Position numbers and translations under genes: made by a program
From: Caulobacteraceae bacterium
GTDB taxonomy: Bacteria > Pseudomonadota > Alphaproteobacteria > Caulobacterales > Caulobacteraceae
NCBI GenBank assembly: GCA_020852035.1
Contig: JADZBR010000175.1
Location: 1 to 57,838 of the forward strand
Direction of reading: 5' to 3'
Length of the DNA stretch: 57,838 bases
Part shown: positions 47,927 to 57,838 of the stretch, in pieces
Numbering within the stretch: the first letter of the stretch is position 1
Layout: the number at the start of each line of letters is the position of its first letter
The notes under the pieces: generated by a model
Told to the model about the DNA's origin: nothing
What the model saw: the letters and a program-made list of their open reading frames with translations, nothing else
Databases searched by the model: none

Positions 47927-48130
47927 ATGTTGCGTTACACCGTGGAGGACATGACCTGCGGGCATTGCGAACAGGCCGTCACCCGCGCGATCTCGACGCT
48001 CGACGCGCGCGCCGAAATCACCGTCGACTTGCCCGCGAAGCTGGTCGAGGTGAAGACTTCGGCCTCGCCGGGCTCCGTCGTCGCCGCGATGCGGGAAGCT
48101 GGCTATACGCCGCGGGAAGTTCGGCCGTAG
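47927..48130 (+). CDS. copZ: Copper chaperone (HMA domain)
   Basis: MLRYTVEDMTCGHC...AGY, 67 aa, GAGGAG RBS. Confidence 0.9.
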   Translation: MLRYTVEDMTCGHCEQAVTRAISTLDARAEITVDLPAKLVEVKTSASPGSVVAAMREAGYTPREVRP

Positions 48131-48288
48131 AACCCTGCGCACGCGCCGCGGGCTTGTAGCTGGAACTGCTAGCGGTCGCATTCGATGGTCTGTTCTCGCC
48201 ATCTCCCCCGGCGCTCGCGTCCCGCCCCCTTCCGATCGGCCGCGGGCGCACCACGCAGTCGTCCATCTGCGTCATAGGCGCCGTCCCC

Positions 48289-48311
48289 TTGACCTTCCCA
48301 TCATGGGAATC
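48289..48311 (+). promoter_or_regulatory. CueR-type promoter/operator upstream of the Cu-ATPase
   Basis: TTGACCTTCCCATCATGGGAATC; TACCTG lies 19 bp downstream of the -35. Confidence 0.82.
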
Positions 48312-48340
48312 CCTACCTGAGCCGGGCAAAGGAGGCGCGC

Positions 48341-50823
<2,483 letters not shown>

Positions 50824-50827
<4 letters not shown>

Positions 50828-51294
50828 ACATCGGCCAAGCTTCGCGCGCCTCGGGCGTCACCGCCAAGATGATCCGCTACTACGACGAGATCGGCCTGGT
50901 GCGCCCGGGGAGCCGCACCGAGGCCAACTACCGCGAGTACGACGAGGTGCAGGTCAACGAACTGCGCTTCATCAGGCGCGCCCGCAGCCTGGGCTTCTCG
51001 ATGGAGGAAATCGCCCACCTGCTGTCGCTCTGGCGCGACCGCGCCCGGCCCAGCCGGGAGGTCAAGGCGATCGCCGACCGCCACCTCGCCGACCTCGACG
51101 CGCGGATCGCCGAGATGCAGGCGATGGCCGACACCCTGCGCCGCCTCTCGGACTGCTGCGCGGGCGACGAACGTCCCGACTGCCCGATCCTCGCGGACCT
51201 GACGGGCGGTCTGGAAGCCGGAACCACCGCTTCGGCGGCTGGCGGGGGCGGTCGCAGTGGAAGGACGCCAGGTCGAACCCGCCCGATCGCTTGA
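50824..51294 (+). CDS. cueR: Cu(I)-responsive MerR-family regulator
   Basis: [18 protein letters not shown]; [13 protein letters not shown]. Confidence 0.95.
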
Positions 51295-51368
51295 GCCGGC
51301 TCCTGTCGCGGGCATGACATTCCGGCCGCAGGCGAAGATGCAGGGGCGGACGGGGACCTGGACGCCCA

Positions 51369-51399
51369 TCAGCGACCCGTCAGCGACCTCGGCTATGAT
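51369..51399 (+). promoter_or_regulatory. OmpR-type 11-bp-period direct repeat plus -10 box
   Basis: TCAGCGACC at 51369 and 51380, TATGAT at 51394-51399. Confidence 0.6.
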
Positions 51400-51406
51400 G
51401 CCCTTC

Positions 51407-51769
51407 ATGACCCAGGACCGACATTCCCGATCCCGCCGCCTCGCGCTTCGCGCCGGGCTCGCGCTCTGCATTCCCGCGGCCCTGTCGAGCCTGGGCGCCG
51501 CGGGCGCCGCCCATGCGGACGACCACGCGGAGAAGGCGCGCGAGATCCTCGCCATCCGCGCCGCCGTCCAGCGCGGCGAACTGCTGCCGCTGCCGCGCAT
51601 CATAGCCGCCGCGCAGGCCCACGCGCCCGGCGATGTGGTCAAGACCGAACTGGAGGCCAAACGCGGACGGCTGATCTACGAGGTCAAGATTCTCACCCCG
51701 GAGGGCGCCGTCCGGGAGGTGAAGCTGGACGCACGCACCGGCGCGCTGCTGCGCATAGAGAACGAGTGA
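51407..51769 (+). CDS. Periplasmic PepSY-domain protein
   Basis: Signal peptide; RAAVQRGELLPL, YEVKILTPEG.V.EVKLDARTG. Start uncertain. Confidence 0.85.
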   Translation: MTQDRHSRSRRLALRAGLALCIPAALSSLGAAGAAHADDHAEKAREILAIRAAVQRGELLPLPRIIAAAQAHAPGDVVKTELEAKRGRLIYEVKILTPEGAVREVKLDARTGALLRIENE

Positions 51770-52428
51770 TGCGCGTGCTGGTGGTCGAGGACGATCCGGT
51801 CGTCGGGCCAGACCTGGTGCAGGCGCTCGTCGAGGCCGGCTTCGTCGTCGACCTGTCACGCGATGGCGAGGATGCGTGGCTCCGCGGCGGCGTCGAGGAC
51901 TATGCCCTCGCGGTGCTGGACCTGGGCCTGCCGAAGCTCGACGGCCTCAGCGTCCTGAAACGGTGGCGCGCCGAAGGGCGCGGCTTCCCGGTCCTGATCC
52001 TCAGCGCCCGTAGCGACTGGGCCGAGAAGGTCGAAGGCATCCAGGCCGGCGCGGACGACTATGTCGGCAAACCCTTCGCGATGGGCGAACTGGTGGCGCG
52101 CGTGCGAGGCCTGGTGCGCCGCGCGGCGGGACACGCCTCGACGCTGCTTGCGGTCGGCCGCCTGACCCTCGACACCGGCCGGATGACCGTGGCGGTCGAC
52201 GACCGGCCCGTGCGTCTGTCGCCGCTCGAATATCGCTTCCTGGACCTGCTGGCTCACCGGCCCGGCCGTTTTCTGGCTGCCGGCGAGATCGCCGAGCATC
52301 TGCACGGCGCGGCCGACGCGGCGGACGCCAATGCGATCGAGGCGCTGGTGCTGCGGCTGCGCCGCAAGGTCGGGCGGGAGTTGATCGAGAGCCGGCGCGG
52401 CTTCGGCTACATGCTCGCCGGATCATGA
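51769..52428 (+). CDS. OmpR/PhoP-family response regulator
   Basis: MRVLVVEDD, VLDLGLP.LDG, LILSAR, GADDYVGKPF, winged helix ending RGFGY. Confidence 0.94.
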   Translation: MRVLVVEDDPVVGPDLVQALVEAGFVVDLSRDGEDAWLRGGVEDYALAVLDLGLPKLDGLSVLKRWRAEGRGFPVLILSARSDWAEKVEGIQAGADDYVGKPFAMGELVARVRGLVRRAAGHASTLLAVGRLTLDTGRMTVAVDDRPVRLSPLEYRFLDLLAHRPGRFLAAGEIAEHLHGAADAADANAIEALVLRLRRKVGRELIESRRGFGYMLAGS

Positions 52429-53825
52429 TCCGGGATTCGCTCCGGCTTCGCCTGCTTGCGGCGGCGGCGGTGGCGATCTTCGCCGCGCTCGGCCTGGCGG
52501 GCGCCGGAATGAGCTGGTTCTACGTGCGCCATATCGAGCAGCGCGAGGCCGATGCGCTGATCCGCGACGGCAAGCTGCTGGCCGGCGGCCTGCGCCTCGA
52601 CCCCGCCGGACGCCCGGCGGCGGACGCGCGGCCCGGCGATGATCGCTATGGCGAGGCGGCGAGCGGCCTCTACTGGCAACTCACCACCAGCAAGGGCGGC
52701 GTCCGTTCGGATTCGCTCTGGGACCAGAGCCTTTCCACAACGCCAGGCGCCGAGCGGGAGCGCTGGCGCATCCGTCATGCGCCTGGGCCGTTCGGCAAAT
52801 CGCTGCTGATGGCGGAACGCCCGATCACCCCTGAACACGCCTCGGAGCCGGTGCTGGTGCAGGTCGCGACCGACGACGCCTACCTCCATGCGGCGCGGCG
52901 CGAGTTCAACCGCGAGATCGCGCTGTCGCTCGGGCTGCTGTGGCTCTTCCTGCTGATCGCGGCCCACCTGCAGGTCTCCCTCGGCTTGCGCCCGCTGGCG
53001 GCGGTGCGCCGCCAGATCGGAGCGCTGAGGGGCGATCCGGCCGCCCGCCTGCCCGCCGGCCACCCGCGCGAGATCGCGCCGCTGGCCGACGCCATCAACG
53101 CGCTCGCCGACGCCCGCGAGGCCGACCTTGGCCGCGCCCGCAAGCGCGCCGGCGATCTCGCCCACAGCCTGAAGACGCCGCTGGCCGCCTTGGCGGCGCA
53201 GAGCCGCAGGGCGCGCGAACAGGGCGCGCTGGAAGCGGCGGACGGCCTCGACCGGGCGCTCGCGGCGATGCGTGCGACGCTGGAGGCCGAACTGGCCCGC
53301 ACGCGCGCGGCGGCGGCGCGCGAAGCGGGCCGGAGCTTCGCCGCCGACATCGAGACGCTGATCGAGAACGTCATCGCCGTGATCGAGCGGACCGAGCTCG
53401 GCGAGCGGCTGATCTTCGAGGTCGACATACCTGACGACGTCGCCGTTCCGGTCGCGGGCGAGGATTTGACCGAGCTGCTCGGCGCGCTGGTCGAGAACGC
53501 CGCCCGTCACGCGCGCCATCGGGTTCGCATACGGGGCGGGATGGCCGCCGGCGAAAGCCGGCTATGGATCGAGGACGACGGCCCCGGCCTGGGCCGGGAG
53601 TCGTCCCAAGCGGTGATGGCGCGGGGCGCCCGGCTCGACGAGGCGGGCCCGGGTCATGGCCTCGGCCTGGCCATCGTCGGCGATCTCATGCAGGCGACCG
53701 GCGGCGCCATCGCCCTCGATCGCTCCGGCCTGGGCGGCCTCGAAGCCTGCCTGACCTGGCCGGTCGGACAACTCGCCCCCCAGCCCCGCGCGCCGGGTGT
53801 CGTCAGCTGGCGGACGCGCCGCTGA
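52425..53825 (+). CDS. Sensor histidine kinase
   Basis: Two TM segments, HAMP, DLAHSLKTPL, LVENA, IEDDGPG, GHGLGLAIV. Confidence 0.94.
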   Translation: MIRDSLRLRLLAAAAVAIFAALGLAGAGMSWFYVRHIEQREADALIRDGKLLAGGLRLDPAGRPAADARPGDDRYGEAASGLYWQLTTSKGGVRSDSLWDQSLSTTPGAERERWRIRHAPGPFGKSLLMAERPITPEHASEPVLVQVATDDAYLHAARREFNREIALSLGLLWLFLLIAAHLQVSLGLRPLAAVRRQIGALRGDPAARLPAGHPREIAPLADAINALADAREADLGRARKRAGDLAHSLKTPLAALAAQSRRAREQGALEAADGLDRALAAMRATLEAELARTRAAAAREAGRSFAADIETLIENVIAVIERTELGERLIFEVDIPDDVAVPVAGEDLTELLGALVENAARHARHRVRIRGGMAAGESRLWIEDDGPGLGRESSQAVMARGARLDEAGPGHGLGLAIVGDLMQATGGAIALDRSGLGGLEACLTWPVGQLAPQPRAPGVVSWRTRR

Positions 53826-53898
53826 CGGCGAGCGTGAGTCTGGCGTCAGCGACCCTCTCCTAGAACTCGGCCCCAATGGATATCCAAGGGGGTCTATC

Positions 53899-55938
53899 TT
53901 GTCCGGCTGTTCGCGCATCGCCTCGTCCGTCGTCATGGCCTCGCTGCTCGCCGCCGTCAGCGCGCCGGCGTTCGCGCAGTCGGCGCCGTCCGAGGCGGTC
54001 AGCAGCTTCGACGCCGGGTTCTTTGCGCGATCCCAGCCGGCCTCGGCTTATGACATGATCCAACTCGCGCCGGGTTTCCGCCTTCAGGAAGGCGACGCCG
54101 AGCTGCGCGGCTATTCGGGCTCCGGCGGCAATGTCCTGATCGACGGCCGGCGCCCCGCGAGCAAGCAGGACACCCTGGCCACGCTGCTGAAGCGCATCCC
54201 GGCCGACTCCGTCGACCGCGTCGAACTGATCCGCAGCAGCGCGGCGGGATACGACATGCAGGGCCATGCGGTGCTCGCCAACGTCGTTCGCAAGCGCACC
54301 AGCCGTCTTTCGGGCCGGATCGAAGGCGAATATGCGAACCTGCGCCACGGCTACGACGCTCTGCGCATCGCGGGCGAACTCAATCTCCAATGGGGCGGGC
54401 GGACCCTCGATCTGCAGGGCGCGCGCTATCGCGAGATCGATGATCAGCACGGCTTCGGTTCGCGCGACCGCTATGCGCCCGACGGATCGCCCCTGCGGCT
54501 CACCGACTACCAGCAGCCGGAGGGCACGAGCTACACGGACCTGTCCGGCGCCTACAGCCAGCCGCTCGCCGGCGGGTCGTTCCGGGCCAGCGGGCTGTTC
54601 AAGGACAGCCGCATGTTCGCGGATATCGAACACGACATCTTCTACCCCGCCGACGCCCTGATCCTCGGCACCGAGCGCAATCATTCCCGCGCGACCGAGG
54701 GCGAGGTGCGCTGGGACCGGGGCATCGCCGCCGGCGGCCGGATCGAGCTGCTGGCGATCCGGCGCGACACGCGCGACCGCGGGACCGAAACCTCGCGCGA
54801 CGACGAGAGCAGCGAGATCAACCACGCCGCCGCCGACGCCGCCGAGACGATCCTGCGCGGCGTGTTCCGCCGCAAGGGAGCGCTGCTGTCGATCGAGCTT
54901 GCGGCGGAAGGCGCGATCAACACGCTCGACAGCCACGTGGCGCTGACCCGGGACGGCGCGGCCGTTCCGCTGCCGGCCGCCGATGTGCGCGTGGAGGAAA
55001 AGCGGGGGGAGCTGTTCGCCAATGGAACCTGGACCCTGTCCCCGGCTCTGACCATCGAAACCGGCCTGCGCCTGGAAGCTTCACGTCTGGCGCAAAGCGG
55101 CGACAGCGCATTGGTCAAGTCGCTCTCCTATTGGAAGCCCCGCCTGCTGGCCACCTATGCGGCGTCGCCGCGCGACCGGCTGCGGGTGCTTGTCGAACGC
55201 GAGGTCCGCCAGCTCGACTTCGCCGACTTCGTCAGCGCGACCTCGCTGACGAGCGGCGTCGTCACCGCCGGCAACCGCGACCTGGAGCCCGACAGCCTTT
55301 GGCGCGCGGAACTGACGTGGGAGCATCAGGTCGGCGCCGGCTCTGTGGTCCTCACAGGGCGGCATGAATGGGTGAGCGATGTCGTCGATGGCGTCGCCGT
55401 CGTCTCGCCCGAGGGGGTTTTCGACTCCGTGGGCAATATCGGCGACGGCAGCCGCAGGGAAATCCAGATCGACGCGAACCTGCCGCTCGATGGGCTGGGG
55501 CTTGCAGGCGTGACGATCACCGGATCGGGCCTGTTCCGCCGCAGCCGCGTGACCGATCCCCAGACCGGTGTGAAGCGCCGCATCTCAGGCGATGCACCGG
55601 TCGAGGCGACGGCGTCGTTGACCCACGATCTGCCCGCCCTGCACCTGCGCTGGGGCGTCAACTATGCGTTCCGGACGGTGGAGAGCGAGTTCAATATCCA
55701 CGAGGTGCAGCGCGACCGCCTCGCCGGTCGCCTGGACGCCTTCGTCGAATACAAGCCCGACGGGCGCTGGACGGTCAGGGTGTTCGGCAAGAACCTGACC
55801 GACAGCCCCGCCGTGCGGAGCCGGTCCATCTATGCCGGTCTGCGCGGAAGCGACGACCTCCGCTACCGGGAAGAGCGCGTGCTGCGCAGCGGGCGCTATG
55901 TCGGCGTCAACGTTCAGCGAACCTTCGGCGGACGGTAG
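53899..55938 (+). CDS. TonB-dependent receptor (short-plug type)
   Basis: TTG start after AAGGGGG; signal peptide; SAYDMI..APGF, RGYSGSGGNVLIDGRRPASK, GNRDLEP. Confidence 0.88.
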   Translation: MSGCSRIASSVVMASLLAAVSAPAFAQSAPSEAVSSFDAGFFARSQPASAYDMIQLAPGFRLQEGDAELRGYSGSGGNVLIDGRRPASKQDTLATLLKRIPADSVDRVELIRSSAAGYDMQGHAVLANVVRKRTSRLSGRIEGEYANLRHGYDALRIAGELNLQWGGRTLDLQGARYREIDDQHGFGSRDRYAPDGSPLRLTDYQQPEGTSYTDLSGAYSQPLAGGSFRASGLFKDSRMFADIEHDIFYPADALILGTERNHSRATEGEVRWDRGIAAGGRIELLAIRRDTRDRGTETSRDDESSEINHAAADAAETILRGVFRRKGALLSIELAAEGAINTLDSHVALTRDGAAVPLPAADVRVEEKRGELFANGTWTLSPALTIETGLRLEASRLAQSGDSALVKSLSYWKPRLLATYAASPRDRLRVLVEREVRQLDFADFVSATSLTSGVVTAGNRDLEPDSLWRAELTWEHQVGAGSVVLTGRHEWVSDVVDGVAVVSPEGVFDSVGNIGDGSRREIQIDANLPLDGLGLAGVTITGSGLFRRSRVTDPQTGVKRRISGDAPVEATASLTHDLPALHLRWGVNYAFRTVESEFNIHEVQRDRLAGRLDAFVEYKPDGRWTVRVFGKNLTDSPAVRSRSIYAGLRGSDDLRYREERVLRSGRYVGVNVQRTFGGR

Positions 55939-55969
55939 GTTCAGCCAAGGGAAGGCAGGCGCGTCGGCG

Positions 55970-56698
55970 CTAAGCCAGCGCACCGAGGTAGCGCGCGCTG
56001 GCTTCCACGCTCGGCCAATAGGGCTTTGGCGGGACATCGTGTTCGACGAAGAAATGCTCGACCCCGACGGCGCGGCCGGCGGCGACCATCCCCGGGAAAT
56101 CGAGCACGCCGGCGCCGACGTCGGTCATGTTCCCCTCCGCGGTCATGTCCTTGAGGTGCAGCAGCTTCACGCGGCTTCCAAGCTTTTCGATCATCGCCTT
56201 CGGCTCCTCGCCGCCGGTCTTCAGCCAGAAGACGTCGAGCTCGAAGAAAACCAGCGCGGGGTCGGATTCGCCGACCAGCACATCGAACGGGCGAAAGCCC
56301 CGCGAGTTGTCGAACTCGAAGTGGTGGTGGTGGTAGGCGAAGCGGAAACCCTCGTCCCGGGCGCGACCGGCGAAGGCGTCGAGCTGGCCGACCACGGCGC
56401 GCCAGTCGGCCTCCTTCGGATCGACATAGGGCAGCACGATGAACCGGCAGCCGAGCGTCCTGGCGACCTCGAACACGCGCGCGGGCCGCTCGGTGATCTC
56501 GGCCAGCCCCACATGCACCGAGGGGCAGTCGAGATCGATCTCGCGCATGCGTGCGGCGAGCGGCGCGAAATCCATGTCCAGGGGGGCGGCGAACTCGACC
56601 TCGTCGTAGCCGGTCTGCTTGATCCGCTCGAGCGTGCCGACGGGGTCTTCGCCGAACGGACGGCGCAGGGTGTAGAGCTGAAGACCGACGGGTTTCAT
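55970..56698 (-). CDS. Sugar phosphate isomerase/epimerase (xylose-isomerase-like TIM barrel)
   Basis: GLQLYTLR, YHHHHFEF, FELDVFW, LHLKD, G.GVLDF, FVEHD. Confidence 0.9.
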   Translation of the reverse strand: MKPVGLQLYTLRRPFGEDPVGTLERIKQTGYDEVEFAAPLDMDFAPLAARMREIDLDCPSVHVGLAEITERPARVFEVARTLGCRFIVLPYVDPKEADWRAVVGQLDAFAGRARDEGFRFAYHHHHFEFDNSRGFRPFDVLVGESDPALVFFELDVFWLKTGGEEPKAMIEKLGSRVKLLHLKDMTAEGNMTDVGAGVLDFPGMVAAGRAVGVEHFFVEHDVPPKPYWPSVEASARYLGALA

Positions 56699-57838
56699 CT
56701 AGAGGACTCCCTGTTCGAGCAGATCGGCCGCATGGTTCGCGGTGCGCGCCGAGAGCGCCATGTAGGTCAGCGAGGGGTTCATCGAGGCGCTGGAGGTCAT
56801 CACCGCGCCGTCGGAGGCGAAGAGATTGGGGACCTCGTGCGCCTGGCCCCAGCCGTTGAACACCGAGGTCGCCGGATCGCGGCCCATGCGCGCGGTGCCC
56901 ATCTCGTGGATACGGTCGCCCGGCGGGGTCAGATAGGCGCCCGCCTCCTCCCACGGCGTGATGTCGACACAGCCCATCGCGGCCAGCATCTCGGCCGCGT
57001 CGCGGGCCGCTTCGCGCATCATCACCCGCTCGTTCTCGCCGTGCGCCGCGTCGATCACCGGCAGCGGGATGCCCCAGGAATCGACGCGAGCGGGGGTCAG
57101 GGTGACGCGGTTGTCCGGGTTCGGCAGCACCTCGCCGAACGGCCCCAGCGACATCACCCAGACCCGCTTGGGCCGGCCGGTGTCGTCGAGTTCGCCGCCC
57201 GGTCGCCTCATCTTCCTCGCCGCGCCCTGCATGCCGAACCCGCGCAGGTAAGGCTTGTCGGTCTCGGTGATCCCCGAATAGCGCGGGATGTAGATGCCGG
57301 TGGGCCGGTCGGCCTGCCAGGGCTGGTCGCTGAAGCCGGGATAGGTTCCGGCGACCTGCTTGCAGCTGACGTGGTCCATGAGGTTGCGGCCGACCTGGTC
57401 GCTGCCGTTGGCCAGGCCGCGCGGGAAGGCGTCCGACCGCGAGTTCAGGAGCAGCGCGGCGGTGTTGATCGCCGAGGCGTTGAGGAACACCAGGCGTGCT
57501 TCATAGGTCACGCGCTCTTTGGTCAGGCGGTTGATGGCGCGCACGCCCGTGGCCCGGTTGCGCCCCGCGTCATAGGTGACGCTCTCGACGATGGTGTCGG
57601 TGAGCACCGTCAGATTGCCGGTCGCCCGGGCGGTGGGCAGGGTCGCGGCGAGTGAGGAGAAATAGGCGCCCAGCGGGCAGCCGTGGTGACAGCGCACATA
57701 GCCTTCGCAGCGCTGGCGCCCCTGGTCCATCTGCGCCTTGGCTACGCGGCTGAGGTTGGCGGTGCGGCCCATGATGAAGCGGCGGGTCGGAAAGGCGCCC
57801 TCGATCTTCTCCTGCGCCACCTCCTCCACGCAGTTGAA
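56699..57838 (-). CDS. GMC-family flavin oxidoreductase (5'-truncated by the window edge)
   Basis: CHHGCPLGAYFSS, LLLNS, VGRNLMDH, GEVLPNPDNRV, HEMGTARMG, NPSLTYMAL. Confidence 0.9.
   Translation of the reverse strand, partial: FNCVEEVAQEKIEGAFPTRRFIMGRTANLSRVAKAQMDQGRQRCEGYVRCHHGCPLGAYFSSLAATLPTARATGNLTVLTDTIVESVTYDAGRNRATGVRAINRLTKERVTYEARLVFLNASAINTAALLLNSRSDAFPRGLANGSDQVGRNLMDHVSCKQVAGTYPGFSDQPWQADRPTGIYIPRYSGITETDKPYLRGFGMQGAARKMRRPGGELDDTGRPKRVWVMSLGPFGEVLPNPDNRVTLTPARVDSWGIPLPVIDAAHGENERVMMREAARDAAEMLAAMGCVDITPWEEAGAYLTPPGDRIHEMGTARMGRDPATSVFNGWGQAHEVPNLFASDGAVMTSSASMNPSLTYMALSARTANHAADLLEQGVL

Noticed and set aside
48131-48288. Small ORFs between copZ and copA
   Set aside because: No RBS, motif or coding-like composition.

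Overview
High-GC alphaproteobacterial chromosome segment, most likely Caulobacteraceae (Phenylobacterium/Caulobacter-like), judged from a recognisable cpdR next to tRNA-Val(GAC), CIR/RIME-type repeats and a CtrA box. (1) 0.1-10.3 kb: LuxR-type regulator followed by a non-classical chaperone-usher pilus operon with seven tandem pilin-like genes, a chaperone, an usher and a two-domain tip protein, plus a convergent eighth, truncated pilin-like gene; the upstream region carries a perfect TTAA-N7-TTAA CtrA box. (2) 10.4-14.5 kb: tesB, metY, an internally deleted GntR pseudogene and a serine hydrolase enclosed by ~99-bp inverted repeats. (3) 14.5-23.6 kb: catabolic locus (LLM monooxygenase, amidohydrolase, TonB-dependent receptor, VOC protein, TetR, crotonase) with five copies of a palindromic motif, then an RTX-tailed alpha/beta hydrolase. 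(4) 23.8-30.9 kb: N-formylglutamate amidohydrolase, cpdR, tRNA-Val, then a LysR/EmrAB/outer-membrane-factor efflux module ending at an IS481 remnant. (5) 30.9-44.8 kb: three TonB-dependent receptors, a tandem double-TetR, esterase, HxlR, thioesterase, atypical SDR, cupin dioxygenase, a decayed toxin/immunity-like insert and an FrnE-type DsbA. (6) 45-57.8 kb: copper resistance cluster (pcoAB, copZ, copA, cueR; three CueR-type promoters), PepSY/two-component system/TonB receptor unit, and the 3' end of a GMC oxidoreductase/sugar-phosphate isomerase operon. All calls come from reading motifs by eye; no database searches were run.
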